Of a stretch of 64,000 nucleotides of DNA, positions 37,170-50,882 are shown piece after piece. The notes beneath the pieces are model-generated. The model was not told where the DNA came from and did no database searches. It saw only the letters and a list, made by a program, of their open reading frames with translations. Made by a program: the position numbers and the translations under genes. The stretch spans positions 71,984,001-72,048,000 of the forward strand of contig NC_086097.1 in NCBI RefSeq assembly GCF_963921235.1, given 5' to 3'. Position 1 is the first letter of the stretch. Each line of letters starts with the position of its first letter. This DNA is from Mobula hypostoma (lineage: Eukaryota).

Positions 37170-39855
37170 TAAAAGCAGATTGCAGAATGGCAAGTATGAT
37201 GTTGTTGACATCACTGAAGCATGGCTAAAAGAAGATTATAGCTTGGAGTTTAATGTCCAAGGATATACGTTGTATCTAAAAGACAAGCAGGAAGACAGAG
37301 GAGGCACATTGCTCTATTGGTAAAAAAAAATATCAAATCATTAGAAAAAGGTGACATAGGTTTAGAAGGTGTTGAATCGTAGTGGATAGAGCTAAAGAAC
37401 TACAAGGGTAAAAAGAACCTGATGGGAGTTGGCTACAGATCCCCAAACAGTAGTATGGGTATGGCCCACAAATTACAACAGAAGATAGAAAATGTATGCC
37501 AAAAGGCAATGTTACAAAAGACATGGGGGATTTAAATATGCAGGAAGATTGGGGAAAATCAGGTTGGTGCTGGATTCCAAGAGGGGGAGTTTCTAAAATG
37601 CCTATGGGTTGGCTTTTTAAAGCAGCTCATGGTTGAGACCACGAGGGGATCTGCTGTTTTGGATTGGGTGTTGTGTAATGAACTGGAATTGATTAAAGAC
37701 CTTAGGGAGTGGAACCTTTAGGGGCGATGAGCATAGTATGATCGAATTCATCCTGAATTTTGAGAAGGAGAAACTAAGGTCAGATGTATCAGTATTACAC
37801 TGGAGTAAAGGGCATTACAGAGGTATGAGAGAGAAGATGCAAGAATTGATTGAAAAAGAATACTGGCAGGGATGACAGCAGAGCAGCAATGGCTGGCATT
37901 TCTGGATCAATTCAGAAGGCAAAGGATATAAAGAGGAAGATGTATTCTAAAGGAAAGATGATACAAGGGTGGCTAATAAGAGAAGTCAAAGCCAACATAA
38001 AAGCCAAATACAGGGCATATGATAGAACAAAAATTAGTGGGAATTTAGAGGATTGGGAAGCTTTCGAAAATCAACAGAATGCAACTAAAAATGTCATTAA
38101 GAAGGTAAAGATGAAATACGAAAGTAAACTAACCAATCATATTAAAGAAGATACCAAAAGTTTCTTCAGATGCAAAAAGTGTTAAAAAGAGCTGAGAGTG
38201 AATATTACACTGCTGAAAAATGATACTGGGGAGGTAGTAATGGGGGACAATGAAATGGCAGATGACTGAATAAGTATTTTGCATTGGTCTTCATGGTGGA
38301 AGACACCAGCAGTATAGTGGAAGTTCCAGGTGTGATGGGTTATGAAGTGTGTGAAGGTACCATAACTAGAGAGAAGATTCTTTGAAAACTAAGAAGTCGG
38401 AAGGACCAGACAGTGTACACCTCAGGTTTCTGAAAGGGGTGGCTGAAGAGATTGTGGAGGCATCAGTAATGACCTTTCAAGAATCACTAGATTTGGGAAT
38501 GGTTCCAGAAGACTGCAGATGTCACTCCACTCTTCAAAAAGGGCGAGAAGCAGAAGAAAGGAAACTATAGGCCAATTAGTCTGACAGTGCTTGTGAAGGT
38601 GTTAGAGTCGATTATCAAGGATGAGATCTCAGGGTACTTGGAGACACGTGATAAAATAGGCTGTAAGAATGGTTTCCTCAAGGGAAAATCTTGCTTAGCA
38701 AATCTGTTGGAATTTTTTGAAAATATAACAAGCAGGATAGACAAAGGACAATTAGTTGATGTTGTGTACTTGGATTTTCAGAAGGCCTTTGACAAGGTTC
38801 CACATATGAGGCTGCGAAACAAGATTGTAATACAATCTTTCCATTGTACTACAGGAGAGAGTATCACATAGATAAAGCGGTTTCAGATTGACAGGAGGCA
38901 GATTGTGAATAAAGGAAGCCTTTTCTGGTTGACTGCCAGTGACTAGTAGTGTTCCACAGGGGTCTGTGTTGGGATTGATTCTTTTTGTGTTATATGTCAA
39001 TGATTTGGATGATGGAATTGATGGTTTTGTTGCAACGTTTGCAGACAATATGAAAATAGGTGGAGGGGCAAGTAATTTTGAGGAAGTAGAGAGGCTACAG
39101 AAGGACTTGGACAGATTAGAAGAATGGGCAAGGAAATGACAGATGGAATACTGTGTTGGGAAGTGTATGATCAAGAAAGAAATGAATGGATTGATTAGTT
39201 TATAAATGGATATAAAATACAGAAAACTGAGGTACAAAGGAACTTGGGAGTCCTTGTGCAGGATTCCCAAAAGGTTAATTAGCAGATTTGTAGGTTGAGT
39301 CTGTGGTGAAGAAGGTAAATGTGATGTGAGCATTCATTTCAAGAGGACTAGAAAAATAAAAGCAAGGATGTAATGTTGAGACTTTATAAAGCAATGGTGA
39401 AGCCTCACTTGGAGTATTGTGAGCAGTTTTGAACAGCTTGTCATATGAGGAGCGTTTGATGGCTCTGGGCCTATCTTCACTAGAATTCAGCAGAATGAGG
39501 GCTGAACTTATTGAAACTTATTGAATGGTGAAAGGCCTTGATAGAGTGTATCTGTTGAGGATGTTTCCTATGGTGGGATGGTCTAACACCAGAGGACGCT
39601 GCCTCAGAATAGAGGGGCATCCTTTTGGAATGGAGATGAGGAGGAGTTTCTTTATCCAGAGAGTGGTTAATCGGTGGAATTCTTTGCCAGCTGTGGAGGT
39701 CAAGCCTTTATGTACTTTTAAGGCAGAGGTTGGGCTATTGTTAATCGGTCAGGGCATGAAGGTATATATGGAGAAGGCAGGAGATTGGACCTGAGAGGAA
39801 AATTAGATCAGCCAAGATGAACTGGCCTAATTCTGCTCCTTTCTCTTATGGTCTA
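37170..39855 (+). mobile_element. CR1 LINE ORF2 relic (APE endonuclease plus RT), decayed
   Basis: YDVVDITEAWL endonuclease motif near 37195; GKSCLANLLEFFE, DFQKAFDKVPH, VPQGSVLG, FADNMKIGG; tail ctgctcctttctcttatggtcta. Confidence 0.93.
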
Positions 39856-39999
39856 AATCTATGTGACTTGCTATGTAGAATTTTCTGTAGTTTATTTGCT
39901 CTTTCTATTTTATGATAATAAATCAGACTTAATTTATGTTATTATGCTTGTACGCTTATTAGCACGTCTTCTGGACACTTGAATCAACCCAGTCCATTA

Positions 40000-40780
40000 C
40001 AGCAAGCATGCCTTATGCCATCTACCTATTTATCCATTTTCCTGGAGCTACAAACTTGGACCCCAAGATCTCAACACTATTAAGGGTCTTGTCATTAACA
40101 GTGTGCTGCTCCTTTACATTTACATTTGCTTCCCCATATCTGCAACTGATCTATATCCCCCTCTACAATTTGCCAGTCTTCAACATTGTCCTCAACACCG
40201 CCAATCTTCATATCACCTGTAAACATACTAACCACCCATCTACATTTTCATTGTCTTTTTTAGGCATCCGTTAAGATGCATGAGACCATGGATTTGCGCC
40301 TTGGAAGGTTTCCAGGGTGCAGGCCTGGGCAAGGTTGTATGGAAGACCGGCAGTTGCCCATGCTGCAAGTCTCCCCTCTCCACGCCACCGATATTGTCCA
40401 AGGGAAGGACATTAGGACCCATACAGCTTGGCACCAGTGTCGTCGCAAAGCAATGTGTGGTTAAGTGCCTTGCTCAAGGATACAACACACTGCCTCAGCC
40501 AAGGCTCGAACTAGCGACCTTCAGATCACTAGATGAACACCTTAACCACTTGGCCACGTGCCAACACACTTAGATTTTCATCTAAGTCCTTTATATATAT
40601 ATTACAAGTAGTTGATATCTCAGTGTGGATCCCTACAGAACACCACTAGTCACAGACCTTCAGCCAGAATAAGTCCCATCAACTATTACCCTCTGTCTTC
40701 TTTTGGACAAACCAATTCTGAAACAAAACAGTCAATTCAGCAGAGATCTCATGATCTTAATTTTCAGGATGAGCCCAAGT
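40000..40780 (-). mobile_element. Old CR1 RT fragment split by a SINE
   Basis: gatccctacagaacaccactagtcacagaccttcagccagaa and similar CR1 RT relics. Confidence 0.6.
40252..40570 (-). mobile_element. tRNA-derived SINE with CORE-like domain, full length
   Basis: Minus strand: A box TGGCCAAGTGG, B box GTTCGAGCC, then tgtatccttgagcaaggcacttaacc; TSD tacattttcat/tagattttcat. Confidence 0.85.
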
Positions 40781-43341
40781 TAGAAGTGTTTATGCTTGAT
40801 GAGCTAAGATCAGGAAAACATGATGTGAAAGGATTGATTTATTGCATCGATAGATTAAATACTCTTTGTCTTTAATCCTGGGCCCATGTACATTTGCCAT
40901 CTTATTTAAATTATTCAAAGTAGTTAAATCTAAATGGGAAATTTAGACTCATACAAACATTCAAATGTGTTCATAGTTCATTCTTCCCAGCTCCAACAAA
41001 ATAACCGTTTTCTTGATTTCTTCCCCAGTGTAACTGATTTTAAGCAGAATATATTTGCTTACTGATGAAGAAATCAATTAAAATCACAGACTTAAAAGAA
41101 AGCTGCTTGAATAACTGTACTGTCTTAAGTGAAACATTATAACTCAAGAGCATAATGGTGGCAGGTAATGAGAAATTCAGTTGTGAAAAGTTACATTTCT
41201 TTTCAGTTCTGTTCTACTCAAAATTGATTTTTGTTTTCCAGTGTGAAATGCAATATCCACTGCTTCACATCTCCCAGAAAATTCAATTGGGTGCTCTTAG
41301 AGTGAGTCATGAATGTGACACTGCTTCAGGGACACGCAACATAACATCATTCCCTAACACAGCTGTGAGACATTAGAGGGAAATTTATTCCATGATGTCC
41401 TAGTGGTACCTGTTGATGAGAATGCTGGGACAATATGATCTTTAGCTCAATGCCTGATTGAGAGTACTGTTGGTGAAGTAAAGTATTTATCTACCTACTT
41501 ACCCTCTCAGATTTGAACAACCCACCCACTTCAGCTCTAATCTCGAGCCCATTCACTCAACTCTGTGATCCCCAAAGGGAAGACCGTTCTCCTGGACAAT
41601 CTCCCGTAAATAGTGCCAACTCCCTTCTGCCAAAGTACAAGTTCCTAATTAAAGGAGCAACCTTTGCCCATTCTGGCTGGCCTTTTGATCACTGAGCCCC
41701 ATACATGTGTCACTGCAGCTCACCATAAAAGACACACGAGAAATTCTTGTCATTAAGCTTCAACATCCAGAGCTGGTGCAGCAGTAACAAGGTAAGGATA
41801 GCAACATATGCTCAGGGCTCCAAATGCACTGGTGTGATCTTTTCCGAGATCATGTTTGATCTCTTCAAACCTTTTGATTATCACTTCCTTTATTCTAATT
41901 TGCTTCTCTCCTGTTACATCCTAGTTCTGCTTTTTAATCTAACAGAGACTCTTACTTTGTTCAGACCATTACCCTATGCACTTAGGTCCAATACAGCTTA
42001 CTAATCAGGGAAAAAAAATTTTGCACTCCTATTTTCTACTTCCAATCTCAATTGATTACTGACAAGTGAAATTCCACACACCCTCAAAGTTGAAAATAAT
42101 TAATTTCCTTTTGGAACTACAGTTACAAACATCTGTAGACAATCTCTTGTCTGCATCAGTAGTGACCTCCACAAAAGTTTATACCAGAACTGTCCAAAGC
42201 AACCAATGTGTCGAGAATTCACTCTGTGATCCGATCGATTGATATTTGACCAGGCATTCAATGACCACTGTCTTTGTACACTAATGACTTCCCCGGAAAT
42301 TATGTTAATTGTCGGAGCCATTCCCTCTCTTCAAGAATGGAATTGCTTTTGCAAACTTTCTTTCTAATAGCATCATTGTTTATACCTCACTAATTTTTAT
42401 TTTACTTATTTAAGCTTTTGGGGGACAGAAGTTATTAAGGATCTGGAAATTCGTTTGTCAAAACAATTATTTTCTCTTCTACCTTTTCTTTATGTATTAA
42501 ATCCATTATAATCTTAACCTTAGTTTAATTTTAGATTTCCTTGTTATTTTGTTCTTTTCCTCCATTATGAAAACTGATTAAAAGTATTTATTTTGCAAAT
42601 CTGCCATTTTCCTTTTTATTTTACAAAACAATGATCATCTTCAAAATAATATACTGATATTAAAGGGCTTCCTCAGATTAAAGGGCTTCCTCAGATTAAA
42701 AGAAAGTTTTGTGAAAGTTCATTCTTTCCATATTTCCTGTTCACCATTTACTTTTACATCATTTGCCTTGCAAACTTCTTTTTCATATGTCCTTCTAGAT
42801 CCGTTACTGTTGTACAAAGCTAAGTCGTTTTCTGTTGCTGTCCTAAAAGAGGGCGTTCTGATAGCTACAGGGAATAAAATAAATGTAGGGAGGAATATTT
42901 GTAGAGAATTACTATTCGGTTCCAGAAATGTTATCCAGTAGCAGTTAACAGGGAGCAGCAACTGGAATATTTTATTAACTTTAATACTAATTTCTATACT
43001 TTCTTTGCCTTCCCCAATCTTTCTCTCAGCAGATGAGCTGATGAAAATAGACACCATAAGATCAGTCATTTTGCTTACATTTTGTCCTACCTACTTTAAC
43101 TTGCTTCTGCCCTTGTTCACCCCACCACTTATATTTACAATTTTCTTTTCTTCCTTTATCATTTATAGAGTTCTTCCACATGGGGATATCATTTTCTTCC
43201 CTTATGCTCTTCCCCCAGCCCTTTCTCCTGAAATCTATTAGGATTCCCTTGTGCACTCCTTCCATTCAACAGCCTCTGCCTTAATCAATATCCCATAGAA
43301 AGCATCCTATTTGGATACATCACAGATTGGTATTGCAACTG

Positions 43342-44010
43342 ATGGGAGGAGGAGAAGATGGCGGCGCGACGCAGCGCACGCAGCCGCTCAGGAATGATAT
43401 CTGTATTTGTTAAGTAGGGTACTGTGCACAATTCTGATTTGATGGAGACAGATGTGAGAGCACGGAGGAGCATCTGAAGAAATTTCTGAAATGCCCACTT
43501 CGCTGCCGCTGGTACTGTCCAGAGGAATAGGCCTTTGAGTCCTCGGCTTTGCTTGTTTTGGTGGACCGGACGAGGTCGAAGGCGCTCGGCAGAGGATGGC
43601 ATTTGGGAGACTCCATCGGAGGGTCTGGTCAGAGGCTGGAAGTTTTCGGACAGACTCAGTCGTCTGTGGTCGGGTGCTTCCAATGCATCAGCAGTTGTCA
43701 GTTGTCGGTACCTGGAGGTTTATGGCAGGGGAGTTTCTCCCTTTTTGCTGCCTGCTATCAGCGACTATAGGAGTTGGTCAGGACTTGAGACTATTTTTTT
43801 AACCATGCCCATGGTCTGTTCTTTATCAAATTATGGTATTGTTTCGCACTGCTGTAACTATATGTTATAATTATGTGGTTTTGCCAATGTTAGTCTTTGG
43901 TTTGTACTGTTTTTGTGTGATATCACTCTGGAGGAACATTGTATAATTTCTTAATGCATGCATTTCTAAATGACAGTAAACAGGGACTGAGTGTCCTCAT
44001 AATCTAAAAA
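43342..44010 (+). mobile_element. Non-autonomous, non-coding retroposon with YY1-motif head
   Basis: Starts atgggaggaggagAAGATGGCGGCG, CpG-rich head, ends cataatctaaaaa; TSD aactg (43337-43341, 44011-44015). Confidence 0.75.
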
Positions 44011-44199
44011 AACTGCTCTGCCCGTGACCAGAAGAAACAGCAGAGGGTTGTGGACACAGCTCAGCACATCAAAGAAACCAACCTCCCTTCCATGGACTTC
44101 TCACTGCATCTGTAAAGCAGCCAGTATAATCAAAGACCCCATGCACCTTGACATTCTCTCTTCTCTCCTCTTCCATCAGGCAGAAGATACAAATGACTG

Positions 44200-44315
44200 A
44201 TTAGATTAGATTAGACTCAACTTTATTGTCATTGTGCTGAGTATAGATACAAAGCCAATGAAATGCATTTAGCATCTGACCAGAAATGCAAAGAATAGTG
44301 TTATTTACAAAATAC
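44200..44315 (-). mobile_element. Rex-like LINE 3' tail (same family as 15633)
   Basis: attagattagattagactcaactttattgtcattgtgctgag... nearly identical to about 15650-15760. Confidence 0.85.
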
Positions 44316-45654
44316 CTGAAAGCAGGTACCAACAGGCTCAAAGACATTTTCTACTCCACTTCCCTCGTACAATGGTTTGGATTTGCAACCTCACGATCTC
44401 CTTCATTATTATTTTGCAACTCATTTATCTGCACTACACATTCTCTGTAGCTGCTACACTTTATTCTTCATTGTTACTATTTTACCTTGTTCTACCTCAA
44501 TTCACTGCATAATTATCTGATCTGTATGAACAGTATGCAAGAAAGATTTTTCATGGCACCATCATACATGTGTCAATAATAAACCAGTTTCAGTTCTAAA
44601 CTAATTCCAGCTCCATTTCAATAGATTATGCCCTTTCATTTTTGTTTCCTTTGCATGCTGCCAACACCAAGCTCATTTTCCCCCTTACTTTGACCATTCA
44701 GAAGTTTCCTTTCTATCTGTGGCACTCTTCCCTTTCTTTCAAATCTCTTCCAAAGACACCAATGTGCTCAAATGCCAGAAATGTCTTTGTAACATGGACA
44801 TAATGGACCAAATGGCCTCTTTCTCTTCTGTAACTTACTATGGTTCTCTCATTCTGCTCTGACTCCTTTTCCATTGTTCAGGGCCCAAGGCATTCTGCAC
44901 AAGAGAAGTTTTATCTGTGCTTTTTCAATTAAGTCCACTGAATTTATGCAACCCTTCTCTCAAATTGCAGGATCAAATACAGACTAGATGAGCACTTTGT
45001 GGATGTCCTCTGGCCCACAGCTGACAATCATATTCCTTAACTTCCCTTCAGCTGTTACTGCAATCCTTTATCTCACTGTCTTCACCTTCTACAATCTTAT
45101 CATGCAATTCTGCATCGGCCTGAAGAGCAGATCCTCCTTCTGACTTGGGGCATGGCAGCATTTACAAATCAACTTTGTATTCAACAGTAGGATTGGATAA
45201 TAAATAGTTTGTTTGCCTTTGTTCCTGTCCCAGATCCATCATTTGTTTTTCTACTTGTCCCATAACTCAGCCCATTACATTGCATTCCACCCTTTCCTTT
45301 ATATTCCTTCCTTTCATCCCACCATCACCTACTTTGCCTTAAAACTTATTTATGTCCAACTCCATTCTCGTTTTAATGAAAAGTCACCTTCTGAAACATT
45401 AACTCAGCTTCTCTCTCAACCAATTCTGATGACAAACAATATTGGTTATCAGTTGGAAGTGGGTGGATGACTGGTGGATGATTAGGAAATGTGTGAGTTA
45501 AAAATCCTTTTAAAAAGTCCATCATATATTTGATAAACAGGATCCTAATACCTTGCATCTTTCTACGTTACATTTGTATCAACATGTCATCTTAATTTAA
45601 TTAAACATAACAAAACCTACTATTAAAGAGTTTATGATTGGTGTAACAGTGGTA

Positions 45655-46963
45655 AATTCACTTCATCCATTTCTGACACCTCCCTCTCCTTTTTCGAACT
45701 GTCTTTCTCCATCTCTGGAAACAAATTGTCTTAAAAACCTACCTAACATCTTTTAGGAACATACCAATTCCCACGGTTATCTTAACTATTTTTTTTCCAC
45801 CCTATATCCTGTAAAATGTTATTCCCTTTTCTCATTTCCTTCGCCTCCACCCCATCTGTTCTAGGATCTGGATTTCATTTCCAGAACATCAGATATGTCC
45901 TCCTTCTTCGAAGAGTGGAGTTTCCCTTCCTCCACAATTGATATAGCCCTCATCCGCATCCCCTCCATTTCCCGTCCACCCACGTTCACCCCACCTTCCT
46001 GATGCCTTACAGTGATAGTTCCTTTTGCCCTTACCTACTACCTCAACAGTCTCCACATCAAGCCCTTCATCCTTCACAATTTCAGCCACCTCCAAAAGGA
46101 TCCTACCACTACACAGATCTTTACTCCCCCGCTCTGTTTTCCACAGGGATTGCTCCCTCCATGATTCTTTTGTCCATTCGACCCTCCCCACTAATCTCCT
46201 TCCAGCACTTATCCCTGCAAGTGGCCTACACCTGTGCATTCACCTCTTCCCTCACCTCCATTCAGGGACCCAAGCAGTCCTTCCAGGTGAGGCAACACCT
46301 CACCTGTGAATCTGCTGGGGTCGTTTCTTGTCTCCAATCCTCCTGCTGCAGCCTCCTCTACATTGGTGAGATCCATTGTAAACTGGGGAGACCACTTCAC
46401 TGCGCACTCTGCACCATCTGCCCCAAGTGGAACTTCCCAATGACCAAACATTTTGGCTCTGATTCTCATTCCTATTCTGACGTGTCTGTCTATAGCCACC
46501 TCTTGTGCCAAGATGATGCTACCCTCAGCGTGGCGGAGCAGCACCTTATATTCTGTCTGGGTAATCTCCAACCTGATGGCATGAATATCGATTTCTCCTT
46601 CCATTTAAAAAAAACTGTTTCTCTCCCCCCTCGTCTCTTCTTCTATTTCCCACTCTGGCCTTTCACCTTTTTTTACCTGCCCATCACTCCCCCAGGGTCC
46701 CCACTTTCTTGCCCTTCTCCTATGTTCCACACTTCTCTCCTATCAGATTTCTTCTACCCCAGCCCTTTACATTTCCCACGCAACTTGATTTACCTATCAC
46801 CTTCTAGCTACCCTCCTTCCCGTCGCCCCACCTTTTTATTCTGTCATCTTCCCCCTTTCTTTTCAGTCCTGAAGAAGGATTTTGGTTCAAAATGTCAACT
46901 GCTTATTCATTTCCAAAGATGCTGCCTGATCTGTTGAGTTCCTCTGGTATTAGTGTGTGTTGC
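45655..46963 (+). mobile_element. Penelope-like element, RT C-terminus plus GIY-YIG plus tail
   Basis: IQGPKQSFQVRQHLTCESAGVV...CSLLYIGE...EQHLIFCLGNLQPDGMNI; decayed hammerhead at about 46864-46900. Confidence 0.9.
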
Positions 46964-48154
46964 AGTGGCATTTATTACCTGATTAGTTGCCACACAAATT
47001 AATGAATGTGTTGCCATATCACAACTAACCTTGTCAATGGGAAGTAACTGAAAAGACTATTATTAAAGCAAAGTGAAATTAAAATGCAGGATTCTTTTGT
47101 TTCCTTAAGATCCTACTGAACTGTCTAATTGAAATCTTCATCTTATCATCTATGATTTCAGTAGTGCATCTTGGTGTTTTTGGGCATTACAGGGATCCCA
47201 TAGATACTAACAAAGAGAAGAATTTACTTTGATGACAAAAAGAATCCATTATTCTTGCAGTTGCATTAACCTCAGGAGAAGCTATAAAAGCTTTGATTGT
47301 TGGAAGACCCACCTCAGGGAGCCAAACAAAATCAAAAATTTCTGCGTCATGTAGCAATTTTATTTTGTGTTGAAACTGAGATGCTGCAGTCCCTGGAGGT
47401 TTCTGGGACATGAAGAGCCTTTTAATAAGGCCAGATTTGCACTTGACGGTCTCTGATGTCTGCAAACTCGCTTCTCAAATCCTTTCTTTTCCAAATTTAA
47501 AACCCACTTGCAAACAAGACTTCTAGCACAAAAATCTAGCACTCCATTTTGGCAGGCTTACTTTCAGCTAAATTATTAGACTTTGTGACAACTCTTCTCA
47601 TAATTTGGCATTGACTTAAACCATTGACAAATGATGAGAAGTATTGACAGAAAAATTAAAATTAGTTGTTTGTAATTATTTGAAATGTTTTAATGAGGAT
47701 ATTAATTATGACCTTTTTAGAACCCTATCTCTCTTGCTCTATGAATGGCTGAGTAACAAATACCTTACAATATTTGTTTCACATTTGGTCATATTTTCAA
47801 AGCAAAGAATATTCTACATTTAAATTCATCATCTGTGAAGTAATGAGTTTTTTCTTGTTTCCTCCACTGCTCTTGTTTGAAATTTTGTTGTTTAAAAAGG
47901 TTTTTAATTACTCCCTTCAAATAAGGGAGAATTTTAACACTGGGTATTAGATCATGAAGTCAATCTGTGGGCATGCTGAGGCCATTTAAAGGGAAGAACA
48001 AATATTTTCCCTCAGTGCCACAATTTCAAGATGATGTTGAGTGCTTCTGAAACCTGACACACTGCAGGAGAGAGATTTTGTTGGCTGTTTGTACGAACAA
48101 ATGTAGTGTGGGACCCTGAAAGGAAGAACACATCTTTTCTACCTTGTCAAATGA

Positions 48155-49475
48155 CATAGTCATAGTCATACTTTATTGATCCCGGGGGAAATTGGTTTTT
48201 GTTACAGTTGCACCATAAATGAATAGTAATAGAACCATAAATAGTTAAATAGTAATATGTAAATTATGCCAGTAAATTATGAAATAAGTCCAGGACCAGC
48301 CTATCGACTCAGGGTGTCTGACCCTCCAAGGGAGGAGTTGTAAAGTTTGATGGCCACAGGCAGGAATAACTTCCTATGGCACTCTGTGCTGCATCTCGGA
48401 GGAATGAGTCTCTGGCTGAATGTACTCCTGTGCCCATCCAGTACATTATGTAGTGGATGGGAGACATTGACCAAGATGGCCTGCAGCTTAGACAGCATCC
48501 TCTTTTCAGACACCACCGTGAGAGAGTCCAGTTCCATCCCCACAACACCACTGGCCTTACGAATGAGTTTGTTGATTCTGTTGGTGTCTGCTACCCTCAA
48601 CCTGCTGCCCCAGAACACAACAGCAAACATGATAGCACTGACCACCACAGACTCGTAGAACATGCTCAGCATCGTCCGGCAGATGTTAAAGGACCTCAGT
48701 CTCCTCAGGAAATAGAGACGGCTCTGACTCTTCTTGTAGACAGCCTCAGTGTTCTTTGACCAGTCCAGTTTATTGTCAATTCGTATCCCCAGGTATTTGT
48801 AATCCTCCACCATGTCCACACTGACCCCCTGGATGGAAACAGGGGTCACGGGTACTTAGCTCTCCTCAGGTCTACCACCAGCTCCTTAGTCTTTTTCACA
48901 TTAAGCTGCAGATAATTCTACTCAGACCATGTGACAAAGTTTCCTACCGTGGCCCTGTACTCAACCTCATCTCCCTTGCTGATGCATCCAACTATGGCAG
49001 AGTCATCAGAAAACTTCTGAAGATGGCACGTCTCTGTGCAGTAGTTGAAGTCCGAGGTGTAAATGGTGAAGAGAATGGGAGACAAGACAGTCCCCTGTGG
49101 AGCCCCAGTGCTGCTGACACACTCTGTCGGACACACAGTGTTGCAAGCACACGTACTGTGGGTCTGCCGGTCAGGTAATCAAGAGTCATGACACCAGGAA
49201 AGCATCTACCTGCATCGCTGTCAGCTTCTCCCCCAGCAGAGCAGGGCGGATGGTGTTGAGCGCACTGGAGAAGTCAAAAAACATGACCCTCACAGTGCTC
49301 GCTGGCTTGTCCAGGTGGGCGTAGACACAGTTCAGCAGGTAGACGATGGCATCCTCAACTCCTAGTCGGGGCTGGTAGGTGAATTGGAGGGGATGTAAGT
49401 GTGGCCTGACCATAGGCCAGAGCAGCTCCAGAACAAGTCTCTCCAGGGTCTTCATGATGTGGGATGATGTGACCA
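48155..49475 (-). mobile_element. Rex1/Babar LINE, 5'-truncated RT
   Basis: SHIMKTLERLVL, FFDFSSALNTI, GAPQGTVLSP, QKFSDDSAIVG, YKYLG, KSQSRLYFLRRLRSF; (catagt) tail. Confidence 0.93.
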
Positions 49476-49589
49476 TGAATTATTTGGAGTTCTGAAGTCC
49501 TGGGAATCTTGCACATTTTTAAACAGCTCATCGAAAGTGATCCAGATATGTGATGTGAACAGAGAAGATGTCAATGAAATGAAGCTGTA

Positions 49590-49805
49590 TAAATGCTAGA
49601 AATACTCAGCAGGTCAGCCAGTGTATGTGGAGAAAGAAGATGTTAATGCTCCTGATTAATGAACTTTCAACAGCATTCCGAAGATTCTCCCTTCTGCCTC
49701 CTTCCTTTCCAGTCCTGATGAAGTGCCTCAGCCTGAAGCATTGCCTGCTTATTTCTCTCCGTAAACGCTGCCTGAACCCGTTGAGTTTCTCAGCATTTCA
49801 TTTGT
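49590..49805. mobile_element. Decayed Penelope fold-back insertion with hammerhead remnant
   Basis: aaatgctagaaatactcagcagg ... gttgagtttctcagcattt inverted arms; cagtcctgatga...tgaagc at about 49710-49740. Confidence 0.6.
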
Positions 49806-50882
49806 AGTTTTCCACGATGTTGCCCTCTTAAGGTTTTTGTCCTGACTTCTTGACTCCGATTTGCTTTCTCTGCTTTGCTTCTCAAAGGTACAGGCTAACT
49901 CATTGAGTATATTTCCAGTATTTTCTTTTCAGGATTTCTGGTCTATCCAGTATTTAGATCTTGGTAGTGAAAGTGAAGGTTATATGGAAGTATTTATGAA
50001 TTATCACTCTACAATCTCACATTGTTTTGTCCCCTTACGTCTGATGACATCACACTACTCTGGGAGAGGATTATTTGATGGAAACTACTGTATATTCTCC
50101 ATACTTTTTTTAATCTTTGAAGTGCTATGCAGAGTGAGACTTAAGAGGTTGTCAAGACCAGGTGATTCTGCTTCTGATTTGTTTAAGAAAAGCTGATCAA
50201 ATGCAAGTCAATGAAAATGAAATCTGGATTTATTAGAAAGCAAGTGTGAATTTTACCCAGCGGCAAGCATATCTTGTGTCAATGCAGTTAAAGCTCCGTT
50301 AGCTTTGAAGTCTCAGAGAATGTGACAGCTCACCTACTCTCTGTTTAAAAAAGGCTACTTGGTGTCAAAACCCTGAGGGAAAAATCATGAGCACAAAAAG
50401 TACACGAGAAATATCTAAACCCACGGAGATCTTATTTGGCATTATTTTTCACAACAGGAGCTGAGACCTAAGAAAAGACATTCTACCAATTTCCAAGCTA
50501 AAGCTTATAAATAATGAACAATCTCAACTGCGACAATTGGCTTAATAACATTTCATGAGATTCTGATATGTGGTTATTCTGCCTCCTAGTTTAAAAAAAA
50601 ATCACTCCAATCTCCAATCACGTATTCATTTTAAATATAACATTAATAAGCTTAACTCAATTGTTTATTTTCATTCCAATATATTACATGGAAATTTGCT
50701 TTGGTTCAGAGTAAACTTCTGCAAACTCATTTCTGTTGTAATCAAATCTAAGAAGATCTAACCTTTTAATGAGAATAGCGCCGAAACAAAAATACAGCCC
50801 TGCCTAACAATTTTAGTTAAAGTTGGGAAATTATTTTGTATAACAGAGATTACGTCAGAAATTAATACAGAAATACCATGTT

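Larger units (their letters stand above)
43300..44600 (+). mobile_element. Rex1/Babar-like LINE 3' fragment carrying two nested insertions
   Basis: SILFGYITDWYCN|CSARDQKKQQRVVDTAQHI and LPSGRRY relics; tail caataataaaccagtttcag. Confidence 0.75.

Noticed and set aside
40490..40570. tRNA-like sequence
   Set aside because: Head of a SINE with TSD; no complete cloverleaf evident
42660..42700. 18 bp tandem duplication ttaaagggcttcctcaga x2
   Set aside because: Simple local duplication with no inserted sequence; unremarkable
44620..45430. Possible very old Penelope remnant
   Set aside because: Only patchy resemblance (gaagagcagatcctccttctgacttggg; taatgaaaagtcaccttctgaaac); too decayed to delimit
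46002..46937. 311 aa ORF as a possible domesticated GIY-YIG gene
   Set aside because: Only the middle is in the Penelope frame, conserved residues are decayed and the remainder is pyrimidine-rich UTR read-through
47187..47542. Overlapping minus-strand ORFs in apparently unique DNA
   Set aside because: No recognisable protein and no consistent splice structure
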